DNA of 64,000 bases, from the NCBI GenBank assembly GCA_032128875.1, contig JAVLKG010000002.1, positions 224,001 through 288,000 of the forward strand, in the 5' to 3' direction. The position numbers and the translations under genes were made by a program. Position 1 is the stretch's first letter. Every line of letters begins with the position of its first letter. The DNA comes from Candidatus Melainabacteria bacterium 17Bon1m. GTDB lineage: Bacteria; Cyanobacteriota; Vampirovibrionia; Obscuribacterales; Obscuribacteraceae. The notes below the pieces were generated by a model that was not told the origin of the DNA, made no database searches, and saw nothing but the letters and a program-made list of their open reading frames with translations. Below, one piece after another: positions 19,459 through 27,210 of this stretch.

Positions 19459-20007
19459 TTAGATCATCCGCGCTAGCAAATTGTAGTTTCTGCCGCCGAA
19501 TTCGAAAGTATCCACAACCTTCATGTGCAGCTTGTTTTCGTGAGCAGCAAGAGAGCGTGGATTGGCATCATCGACGAAGCACATCGCGACCTCGAATTCC
19601 TTGCCGAACGTTTCAAAAAACGCGTTATAAATCGACTCGAAAATACCTTTGCCTCGTTGCGACTTCGCTATGCAGATCGGTCCGGTCATCACGATTTTGT
19701 ATTGTGCCAATGGCTTTCCATCAAGGTCAATTGATTCTGTTCTTTTGGAGATGGTCTTCAGCAGCTCTTTACCCTGATGCAATTCCAAATGCGACGTGCA
19801 TAAATAGCCCGCAAGTTTCCCGTCATCCTCCGCCACCATGACCGCAACGTCCCGGTCAAACTTCTTGAAGTCGTCTGCTGAGAAATCTCCTTGCACAAAT
19901 CCATCTTTGAGGTCGGCTTCAGCCACCTTTCCCAACAGGCTTTCATTTTGGATGGCGATTATCCCCTCGAGGTCGCTATCTTCCATCCGGCGGCAGTTTA
20001 CAGACAT
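19459..20007 (-). CDS. GNAT-family N-acetyltransferase
   Basis: GPICIAKSQRGKGI motif A and NPRSLAAH; start trimmed to ATG at 20007. Confidence 0.8.
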   Translation of the reverse strand: MSVNCRRMEDSDLEGIIAIQNESLLGKVAEADLKDGFVQGDFSADDFKKFDRDVAVMVAEDDGKLAGYLCTSHLELHQGKELLKTISKRTESIDLDGKPLAQYKIVMTGPICIAKSQRGKGIFESIYNAFFETFGKEFEVAMCFVDDANPRSLAAHENKLHMKVVDTFEFGGRNYNLLARMI

Positions 20008-20106
20008 ATGTCCCGTGGCTCCATAGTTTCCAGAGTGCTCTGATTGCCCATTATCTCCCACTGGCAGGTAGTTCGGGCTGCCGAAGATTAAATCCCAGCG
20101 AAAACC

Positions 20107-20131
20107 GAAACTTCTTTCGCGGAGCGGTGTA
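20107..20131 (+). promoter_or_regulatory. Putative ECF (SigW-like) promoter
   Basis: GAAAC-N16-TGTA upstream of the Spy/ECF operon; SigW consensus is TGAAAC-N16-CGTA. Confidence 0.35.
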
Positions 20132-20180
20132 TGTGCAGTCAGACGCGGCGGAGTCAAGAATGCTGGGAGGCATTGGGGAA

Positions 20181-20714
20181 ATGAGAAAGCTGGAAAACGA
20201 CCGAAAATCCAAGGGTCTTTTGGGAAATAGAACAGGCGCAGTGCTGGCGGTCGGAGCAGGCGCTTTGATTGCGGGGGCGCCATTCATGGCTCCGGCGTTC
20301 GCTGGACCATTGAATAGTGACAGCCTGGTCGATCCAGAGTGGGAAAGCGCTGTGCGCAAGCATGTTGAGAAGCGTTTTTTCAATCTGATCGATGCTACTG
20401 AAACTCAAAAGAGCCAACTGGATGACATTTTCAAGAAAATGTGCGAATCCAATAGGTCCACTCGAGAGCAGGTCAAACAGGGCGCGGTGGATGTGGCAAA
20501 TATGATGGCTGATGGTTCGACGAGCGATGAGCAGATTCGAAGTAAGGTGGCGGACATCAGAAAGTTGCGAGAAAAGATGCAAGATACGCGTCTTGATACG
20601 GCTTTGAAGGTTCGTGCCATTTTGACAAATGAGCAGCGTAAGGTCGTCTCAGACCGTGTTGTCGGTTTCATCACTGGCAATCAGAGGCGCGGCTTGTTGC
20701 GCTCCATGATGTAA
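20181..20714 (+). CDS. Spy/CpxP-family (LTxxQ) periplasmic protein
   Basis: Signal peptide ending AFA; ATETQK and ILTNEQR motifs. Confidence 0.8.
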   Translation: MRKLENDRKSKGLLGNRTGAVLAVGAGALIAGAPFMAPAFAGPLNSDSLVDPEWESAVRKHVEKRFFNLIDATETQKSQLDDIFKKMCESNRSTREQVKQGAVDVANMMADGSTSDEQIRSKVADIRKLREKMQDTRLDTALKVRAILTNEQRKVVSDRVVGFITGNQRRGLLRSMM

Positions 20715-20744
20715 ACCGTTGGACCTGTCGAAAGGACGGGAAAA

Positions 20745-21422
20745 ATGCTAGAGATTTGCTCACTAGATCCAATAGACCTAAGACGATCGAATAATAGGCA
20801 CAAAGGAGCCACAGCCCTGTTTAGCAGCATCATAGCGAGAACACAGGTTGACGACAGCCTTGACGATTCAAGTCTCGTCAAGGCTTGTCTCAACGGTGAT
20901 AAGCGCGCCTACGAAGTGTTGCTCAGGCGTTATCAGAAGCTCGTTTATAACGTGCTTTATCAGATGGTGCACTCGCACGAGATGGCGGCAGATCTCACGC
21001 AAGAGACATTTTTGAAAGCTTATCGGGCGCTTGGCTCTTTCCGCACCGAAGGAAAGTTTAAGCCATGGTTGTTGCGCATCGCGACCAACACTTGTTTGAA
21101 CGCGATTCGAGACAACAAAGAGCACGATTCGCTGGATGACATTCTCGAAGAAAACCCGGGAGCCGAACCGGCTTACGACGAGAAGATTGAAGAGTTGGTT
21201 GAATGGAGGTTGACACATAAAAAATTGGAAGACGCGCTAAAACAGCTGCCGATGAGGCATCGCCAGGTTTTTATCTTGCGCTATCAGCACGATCTTCCAT
21301 ATGAGGAAATTGCAGAGGTGTCTGGCGAACCAGTGAGTACGATCAAGTCTTTGCTGTTTCGCATTCGAGAGAAGTTGCGCAAGATGCTCGCCGAGAGCGT
21401 CGAAAGCGGCATTCTCAGTTAG
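20745..21422 (+). CDS. ECF-type sigma-70 factor (start uncertain)
   Basis: DLTQETFLKAY, FKPWLLRIATN, region 4 YEEIAE...TIKSLLFRIR. Confidence 0.92.
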   Translation: MLEICSLDPIDLRRSNNRHKGATALFSSIIARTQVDDSLDDSSLVKACLNGDKRAYEVLLRRYQKLVYNVLYQMVHSHEMAADLTQETFLKAYRALGSFRTEGKFKPWLLRIATNTCLNAIRDNKEHDSLDDILEENPGAEPAYDEKIEELVEWRLTHKKLEDALKQLPMRHRQVFILRYQHDLPYEEIAEVSGEPVSTIKSLLFRIREKLRKMLAESVESGILS

Positions 21423-21429
21423 GAGAGAG

Positions 21430-21870
21430 GTGATAGAAATGGATGAGAAGAATATTGAGCGGGAAGATGAAGACGAGAAGGAAAATTCGTCCGAAACTCG
21501 CGTTTTCGATCCACCCGCGATTAACGTGTCGAACGATACGAGCGCACCGATGAAGATGCGCGTAAGCGACATTCAAGAAGCGTATCAGATACAGGAGATT
21601 GAGGCTGTGGCTGCGAGTTTGCCACAATACGATGTCTCTGAAGGCTTGACGCAAAACATCTTGCGCGCGGTTGAAGCCGAGCCCGCTTACGGGAAAAATC
21701 GGGATTCGATAATGACGGCTAGCATGATTTTTGCTGTTATTTTGGCGGCGCTTTTTGTGATTGAAACACAAGAGTCTGTTGGTGGAATTCTCTCTTGGAT
21801 GGTTGGTTTAGCTGTGATGTATTCAATCAGCTTGCTGGTATCCTCCGGTCATGAGGCGGAAACAGTTTGA
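21430..21870 (+). CDS. Putative membrane anti-sigma factor
   Basis: Directly after the ECF sigma; acidic cytoplasmic part plus two C-terminal TM helices. Confidence 0.6.
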   Translation: MIEMDEKNIEREDEDEKENSSETRVFDPPAINVSNDTSAPMKMRVSDIQEAYQIQEIEAVAASLPQYDVSEGLTQNILRAVEAEPAYGKNRDSIMTASMIFAVILAALFVIETQESVGGILSWMVGLAVMYSISLLVSSGHEAETV

Positions 21871-22898
21871 AGAATAATCGGAACTGGCAATTTCGTAGCT
21901 ACCGTCTTGTCTGGTGTAGGATGTTAGTCGTCGTTTCCATTGTATTTGTTTGCACAGCGTCTGCTACCATCGCGCAGAGTCCGGCAGCAAAACATAGTGG
22001 ATATGATGAGAATGGTCAGTACTGGCAGTATTCCGATCAAGCTGATTCTGCGAATAAATCTAAAGAATCATCGGAAGTAACCGACAAATCAGCTACGGTT
22101 CAATCCGAGCAAGAAGTAGAACCACTTAAGAGAGAACTGAATTTGAGGGAGCTTCTCTCCAGTCAGCACTCGACTGAAGATGACAACTCATTCGATATGT
22201 CTGCCGAAGAGGAAGAAATGTCATCTACTCAAGATCTTTTGCTGGGACCTGGAAGATGGATTTACAATACGCGCATCGGCAAGAATTTAGCGAAGCATCA
22301 AAATGTCGATATTCGCAGACGACCGATGATGTACTGGCGTCGTTTTGCGGATCGACCAGTTCCACCTCGTGGCACTTTCTTGTTTTTTGTATTCTTCAAC
22401 AGTTTGATTTGTCTGGCGTTTAAGAAGCGTGTAGAAGTTGCTTCAAGTTGCGTGAGAAAGAGCTTCTGGAAGTCACTCTTCGTTGGTTTTACCTTTGTAA
22501 TTTTGATGGGCATCGCCGCACGGTTCTGTTTTGATTCGGCATTGTTTACGCCTGCTGCATTGCTTATTTTAGGCATTGTTCAATTACTTGTTTTGGCAGG
22601 ACTTGCGGTAAGTTCCATGACCGTTGGCACTGCGATTCTCAACAGGCTCGGTGTCACGACAATGTCCGTATCAGAGGCCGAAAGTGTAAGTCACTCAGCT
22701 CATTCGTTTGTAGAAAGACTGAAATGCAAGCTTCACTATCTAGCTCCAGTGATTCTCGCATCAGTGTTGGTAACACTCATCTCCCTGATTCCAACTTTAG
22801 GGTTTTTGCCGCGCATGGGCACACGTTTTGTAATGTGGTTCTGCGTCCTGGGTTTGGGCGCACTGATAAGAACACAGCTCGGTCGTAAGCCTCTATAG
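21867..22898 (+). CDS. Membrane protein in the ECF operon
   Basis: Overlaps the upstream stop; signal-like N-terminus, acidic region, about 5 TM segments. Confidence 0.7.
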   Translation: MKNNRNWQFRSYRLVWCRMLVVVSIVFVCTASATIAQSPAAKHSGYDENGQYWQYSDQADSANKSKESSEVTDKSATVQSEQEVEPLKRELNLRELLSSQHSTEDDNSFDMSAEEEEMSSTQDLLLGPGRWIYNTRIGKNLAKHQNVDIRRRPMMYWRRFADRPVPPRGTFLFFVFFNSLICLAFKKRVEVASSCVRKSFWKSLFVGFTFVILMGIAARFCFDSALFTPAALLILGIVQLLVLAGLAVSSMTVGTAILNRLGVTTMSVSEAESVSHSAHSFVERLKCKLHYLAPVILASVLVTLISLIPTLGFLPRMGTRFVMWFCVLGLGALIRTQLGRKPL

Positions 22899-22977
22899 CG
22901 GCAACGCCATGAGGCTAACGTCTCTAAAGGTGCGTCGCCGGGTTGCCGACGCCGGGCGGCATGTATGCCGTCCCTAC
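22895..22977. repeat. REP-like elements between convergent genes
   Basis: Degenerate ATAGCGGCAACGCCATG and inverted GGGCGGCATGTATGCCGTCCCTAC (22954-22977). Confidence 0.65.
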
Positions 22978-23017
22978 AGCTGGAAGTCAGGACGTGATTT
23001 CTAGTTGTTTGTTGCAA

Positions 23018-24316
23018 CTACTCTACAACGGACTTTGCTCTCTGGAACATTTTTACCAGCTTTTCAAAATCCTTATCATCGAGCGCATCTGATGCTAGTT
23101 CCAGCTGTTTCACCAATTCTTGAATTGCTGCTTGCAGCTCTTCTTTGTTCTGATTGAAAAGGTCCAGCCACATTTCTGGCGGGCTCTCCATCAAGCGCGC
23201 GAGTTGTTTGAAGGCTGGACCGTGTAATTTCAATTCGTGCTCGGTCACGTTTTGGTCCGCAATTGATGCGCCGAGTGCGACTGCAATCAATTGGACCAGG
23301 TGGCTTGTGCGGGCGAGCACTTTGTCGTGTGATGCCGGCGATGCTTCAACTGGCTTGAGACCGAGACCTTCAAGCCAGCGTCTAAATCGTTTTACTGACA
23401 TTTGCGAGGACTTGTTGGTTGGAGTCAGGCAAAATACCGCATCATTGGTTGCCACCGCAGATGATGCATCCAGTCCTGATTTCTGCGAGCCAAACAACGG
23501 GTGCCCGCCGATAAAATCCGCACCGTGAAGGTCCAAATTCTCAGCTATAGTGCAGATTTCCTTCTTGGTCGACGTGACGTCAACAACTAATTGCCGACGC
23601 GAAAGTTTTGGCGCAATCGATTCCAGCAAGTCAATGTTCTTCTTTGGAGGCGCAGCCAAAATGATAAGGGAAGATCGTTCGGCGGCATTTGATGCCTTAG
23701 TTTCGGCGCAGTCGATCAGCCCTTCGCCGAGCGCTTTTTGCAAGACGTCTGGAGCATCGACTGCGGTGATATTTGTTTTCGGAGAGTGCTTGCGGATCAA
23801 TCTTGCGATTGTTCCACCAATGAGGCCAAGACCAATGATTGTTACTGTGGGAAAGTAACGTTGGGGATTGCGGGTCTGGGCGACCGTTTGCTCAGACGAA
23901 TCTTGGCTCGAATTTGCTGCGACTTGGTCGCGCTTCAATTCTTCTTTCGATTCTGAGTTTGCGTTCGCGCCCGCTTGTGCTTTTGGGCTTGTGGTCTCGC
24001 TGAGTTTTTCCTGCAGACCGCGGCTGCCGGCCAACATGGTCGTGTAGATGTCGACCAGTTGCGCGGCGATAACGGGGTCTGATGCTACTGCGGAGACGCG
24101 GCTAAGAACTTCCTTCTCGCGCTTGTCGTCCAGCACCGGTTTGTTCATGCGCTTTTTAGCTTCGCCGATTTCTTTGCAAAGCATGAGCCGTTCGTTGATC
24201 AGGTTGGCGATCAACTCGTCGAGTTCATCAATTCGCGCTCTTGATTCTTCCAATTTAATTGTTGGCTTTCGCCAATCCAGCTCATCGATTTCATCTAATT
24301 GTAAATGCATTGACAT
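23018..24316 (-). CDS. tyrA: Chorismate mutase (AroQ)-prephenate/arogenate dehydrogenase fusion
   Basis: RARIDELDELIANLINER...D..RE mutase domain; GLGLIGG, DVTSTK, GGHPLFG, HD...SHL dehydrogenase motifs. Confidence 0.9.
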   Translation of the reverse strand: MSMHLQLDEIDELDWRKPTIKLEESRARIDELDELIANLINERLMLCKEIGEAKKRMNKPVLDDKREKEVLSRVSAVASDPVIAAQLVDIYTTMLAGSRGLQEKLSETTSPKAQAGANANSESKEELKRDQVAANSSQDSSEQTVAQTRNPQRYFPTVTIIGLGLIGGTIARLIRKHSPKTNITAVDAPDVLQKALGEGLIDCAETKASNAAERSSLIILAAPPKKNIDLLESIAPKLSRRQLVVDVTSTKKEICTIAENLDLHGADFIGGHPLFGSQKSGLDASSAVATNDAVFCLTPTNKSSQMSVKRFRRWLEGLGLKPVEASPASHDKVLARTSHLVQLIAVALGASIADQNVTEHELKLHGPAFKQLARLMESPPEMWLDLFNQNKEELQAAIQELVKQLELASDALDDKDFEKLVKMFQRAKSVVE

Positions 24317-25257
24317 TACCCCCGAGCTGTTTTGCGCGCAATGCGTTTACGCAGTGTGAGTTTGCCGGCGGATTTTGAACCAATGCCTTGAACCACTGTG
24401 ATCTGTCTTTTCTTTTCTACGTCGCCTGCGACCGAGCGGCCAACAGCGGCGGCGATAGGTTTGATGGATTCGACCAGCTCGACCATGTCTTCGAGGGACA
24501 AGGCTTGGCGGGCATCAGAGACTGACTTTTCCGGTTCGGGGTGGCACTCGATGATCAGTCCATCGGCTCCGCAGGCGACAGCGGCACGTGCCAGGTCTGC
24601 GACCAGTTCGCGTTTTCCGGCTGCGTGGCTCGGGTCTACGATGACGGGCAAGTGTGTCAGTTGTTTGAGAGCGACGACTGCGCCGAGGTCGAGCACGTTT
24701 CTGGTGAATGTGTCGAAGCTGCGGATGCCGCGTTCGCAAAGTACGACATTGGGGTTGCCGTGAGCCATGATGTACTCGGCCGCCAGTAGCATTTCTTCGA
24801 TGGTTGCGGAGAGGCCTCTCTTCAGCAACACTGGCTTTTTGGCTTGGCCAAGGGCTTTGAGCAATTCAAAGTTTTGCATGTTGCGGCTGCCGACTTGCAG
24901 CATGTCTGCCTTTTCATCGCAGGCAGCCAGCTGTTCCACAGACATTACTTCTGTGACTGTGGGCAAGCCATGCTTCTGGCTCATGGATTGTAGGATGTCC
25001 AGCCCTTCTTCGCCGAGTCCTTGGAAGGCGTACGGCGACGAGCGAGGCTTGTGCACACCGCCGCGAATGGCGCTGACAGAGCCTTTCAGCTTTTGTGCGA
25101 CGATTTCCATTTGCTCGGCATTTTCTACTGTGCATGGTCCGCCGATGATGACGATTGGCTTGCCGCCGACTTTAAGAGAGTCACCGATGGCGACTTCGGA
25201 TGTCTGACAGCCTTCGGCTCTGGCGGCTAATTTGACTTGGTTGCTAATCTCGCTCAC
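24316..25257 (-). CDS. aroF: DAHP synthase, type I-beta
   Basis: [43 protein letters not shown] start at 25257 with GAGGA RBS. Confidence 0.93.
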   Translation of the reverse strand: MSEISNQVKLAARAEGCQTSEVAIGDSLKVGGKPIVIIGGPCTVENAEQMEIVAQKLKGSVSAIRGGVHKPRSSPYAFQGLGEEGLDILQSMSQKHGLPTVTEVMSVEQLAACDEKADMLQVGSRNMQNFELLKALGQAKKPVLLKRGLSATIEEMLLAAEYIMAHGNPNVVLCERGIRSFDTFTRNVLDLGAVVALKQLTHLPVIVDPSHAAGKRELVADLARAAVACGADGLIIECHPEPEKSVSDARQALSLEDMVELVESIKPIAAAVGRSVAGDVEKKRQITVVQGIGSKSAGKLTLRKRIARKTARG

Positions 25258-25275
25258 TGTTTGAATCCTCGTGTG

Positions 25276-25311
25276 AAATAGTGAACCCGGGGGACGTATC
25301 CTCCCGGGCTC
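25276..25311 (-). terminator. Attenuator hairpin 2 (terminator-like, weak U-tract)
   Basis: GAGCCCGGG(A)GGA-TACG-TCCCCCGGGTTC followed by ACTATTT; the 5' arm can alternatively pair with CCCGGGCAGGT in leader 2. Confidence 0.65.
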
Positions 25312-25346
25312 TTCAGGTAACTGTTTGGTGCACTCAGCGTGCCAGC

Positions 25347-25475
25347 TTAAACCTGCCCGGGCGTTCCCCCTGCAAAAAAGAAGAAGTACCAGTAGTAAGA
25401 AGTTGATGGGCATTGAGTCTTCGCGGACTCAGCGCTTCGGAGGGTTAGGTTGTGGGTTATTTCGGTGTTCATCAT
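25347..25475 (-). CDS. Attenuator leader peptide 2, 42 aa: MMNTEITHNLTLRSAESAKTQCPSTSYYWYFFFFAGGTPGQV
   Basis: Hand translation; eight consecutive aromatic codons; TAA stop shortly before hairpin 2. Confidence 0.85.
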   Translation of the reverse strand: MMNTEITHNLTLRSAESAKTQCPSTSYYWYFFFFAGGTPGQV

Positions 25476-25486
25476 CTTTAGCTCTT

Positions 25487-25521
25487 AAACAAAAACCGCA
25501 GACCTTGTTGAGTCTGCGGTT
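25487..25521 (-). terminator. Attenuator terminator 1 (intrinsic)
   Basis: AACCGCAGAC-TCAACAAG-GTCTGCGG then TTTTTGTTT; the 5' arm overlaps antiterminator strand CTGGTGAACC. Confidence 0.88.
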
Positions 25522-25547
25522 CACCAGTTGGGACAAAGTAAGCTATC

Positions 25548-25598
25548 TCACCCCTGGCGAACCTCAAAGTACCAAAAATAAAAACCAAAATTGCTCAC
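25548..25598 (-). CDS. Attenuator leader peptide 1, 16 aa: MSNFGFYFWYFEVRQG
   Basis: GTG start 6 nt after AAGAGAG; 7 of 8 consecutive codons are aromatic; TGA stop. Confidence 0.85.
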   Translation of the reverse strand: MSNFGFYFWYFEVRQG

Positions 25599-25650
25599 GA
25601 CTTACTCTCTTAAATGCCAGGGCGTGCGCCCCGGGCGTTCCAATGCACCC

Positions 25651-25679
25651 ATAGTATGTGCATACCGACGGTGTGTCAA
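25651..25679 (-). promoter_or_regulatory. Sigma-70 promoter of the leader-aroF-tyrA transcript
   Basis: TTGACA (25679-25674), 17-nt spacer, TACTAT (25656-25651). Confidence 0.8.
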
Positions 25680-25923
25680 TCAAAAAGTGTCCTGACGGCC
25701 CACGAGTGTCTGCAAAAAAATACGATGAGGATGCCGCAAATGCTTGGTAGTACAGGTTTTTGGGCGTGAAGCTTTTAGGTGCCATTGTGTAAAGCGTCAA
25801 TCGAAACATATCTGCGCAAAACCAAAACCACGCAAGTTCCGCATGTTTGGCGCGTCTTCACATACTTATGCTGACCGAACGTTCAACAAATGAATGCGAT
25901 CGAGAGAACTTCTTTCATTCAAT

Positions 25924-25984
25924 AGATCTCTTTGTCCAAATCTCTTCGTCTAAATCTCTTCGTCTAAATCTCTTTGTGCAAATC
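25924..25984. repeat. Intergenic 14-bp tandem repeat, four copies plus a partial
   Basis: AGATCTCTTTGTCC AAATCTCTTCGTCT AAATCTCTTCGTCT AAATCTCTTTGTGC AAATC. Confidence 0.85.
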
Positions 25985-26253
25985 CTTATATAGAAGAAGT
26001 TGGATCAAATCCGGGAAATTGGCTCCCTCTTTTCCGTCAGGGTGGGAAGATTGTTATAGGCATCAGTTATAAGCATCAATTCTTCCGCGGTTTTCGGAAT
26101 TTTTGGTTTTGGGCGTTCAAAGTAGGCACTATTGAGATTTTGCTGCGTCAGCGTTGTGAAAGGAAACTCTGATATCCACTAAGAGCAGGAAGTTTGGCGG
26201 TTCGCCATGGGCGAGAGACGAGACTGCGTTGAGAGTCTGTAAGAGAGAAGAAC

Positions 26254-26724
26254 ATGAGTTCAATGAACATTCTGGTCGCCATTGATGATTCGACGTTTTC
26301 GGACGCCGCTATCTCTTCTGTAATAGAGCGGAGCTGGCCGGAGGGCTCGAAGTTTAAGCTGCTCAGCGTCGTGGAGCCGTTTCACCCTGAATACGCCGGC
26401 TGGCATACAAACTACATGCCTGTGGCTGTTGAAGCTCAAAAGGAGTTGGTCGAGGCGGCAAAAACGCTGGTCAACGAGAAGGTAAAGCAGCTGACGAGCA
26501 CTTTTGGACGGGAAAGCGTCTTGGCTGAGGTTCGAGAAGGATATGTCACGGATACGATTCTGGAGGCAGCCAAAGAATGGCCGGCAGACCTCATTGTCGT
26601 TGGGTCACACGGGCGCACAGGCATCACCCGCTTGCTTTTAGGTAGCGTCTCGGAGGCGGTTGTATCTCAGGCGCCTTGCTCGGTCGAAATAGTAAAAATG
26701 CCCAAAAAGCATGCTAAGGCTTAG
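26254..26724 (+). CDS. Universal stress protein (UspA family)
   Basis: ILVAIDDS...ADLIVVGSHGRTG...LLGSVSEAVV...PCSV. Confidence 0.93.
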   Translation: MSSMNILVAIDDSTFSDAAISSVIERSWPEGSKFKLLSVVEPFHPEYAGWHTNYMPVAVEAQKELVEAAKTLVNEKVKQLTSTFGRESVLAEVREGYVTDTILEAAKEWPADLIVVGSHGRTGITRLLLGSVSEAVVSQAPCSVEIVKMPKKHAKA

Positions 26725-27210
26725 TTTTCGGCATTTTATTAGATTGAGTCTTTGTTAAAACGGCATGAAAAAGACGCCCCCTGGAGGGCGCCTGATTTCC
26801 TGAATGCCGGAATTAGGCGTGCTTTTCGGCTTCGTCTTCCGGAAGGTTTTCCCAAGAGTCGAAATAAGCCTTCTTTCCGCCCATCCAAAGCGAAAGAAGA
26901 ACCCAAATTCCCATAATGGAAATCAGAACGATTGGCGTTGTTGAAGCTGGCGTGTTTTCCATTGTTCACCCGGTATTTGACTGTTTTGAAAGCTGAAAGA
27001 CCTGCTACTGGCTGAGTATACAGCAATAGCCACTCCTCAGATTATAAACATTTGAACCGCAGGTTGGTAGTATTAACTCCAATTAGCTTCCTCTTGTAAT
27101 TGCCACAGATTGAGGCTCTGGCGCTATAAAGCGGCTCATGGCTTCTATTAGCTATGTGCTATAAAGACGGTTGGTTTCAACACCGTCAGGGTGAGAAGAG
27201 GAATTTTTCA

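Noticed and set aside
25258-25413. Signal-peptide-like N-terminal extension of aroF (MPINFLLLVLLLFC...) in the ORF track
   Set aside because: It is an alternative reading frame of leader 2's aromatic codon run and crosses hairpin 2; GTG at 25257 has a proper GAGGA RBS.
25276-25650. T-box riboswitch explanation for the aroF leader
   Set aside because: No AGGGTGGNACC T-box or stem I/specifier motifs seen; translated leaders explain the structure better.
25564-25830. 81-aa ORF with YY/YFF/FWF and an upstream in-frame WFWF run as a third leader
   Set aside because: It spans the predicted promoter, its end is an alternative frame of leader 1, the WFWF run has no start codon after the upstream stop, and no dedicated terminator is visible.
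26739-27026. 95-aa intergenic ORF between usp and the secreted repeat protein
   Set aside because: TTG start, no recognisable motif; cannot be supported from sequence alone.
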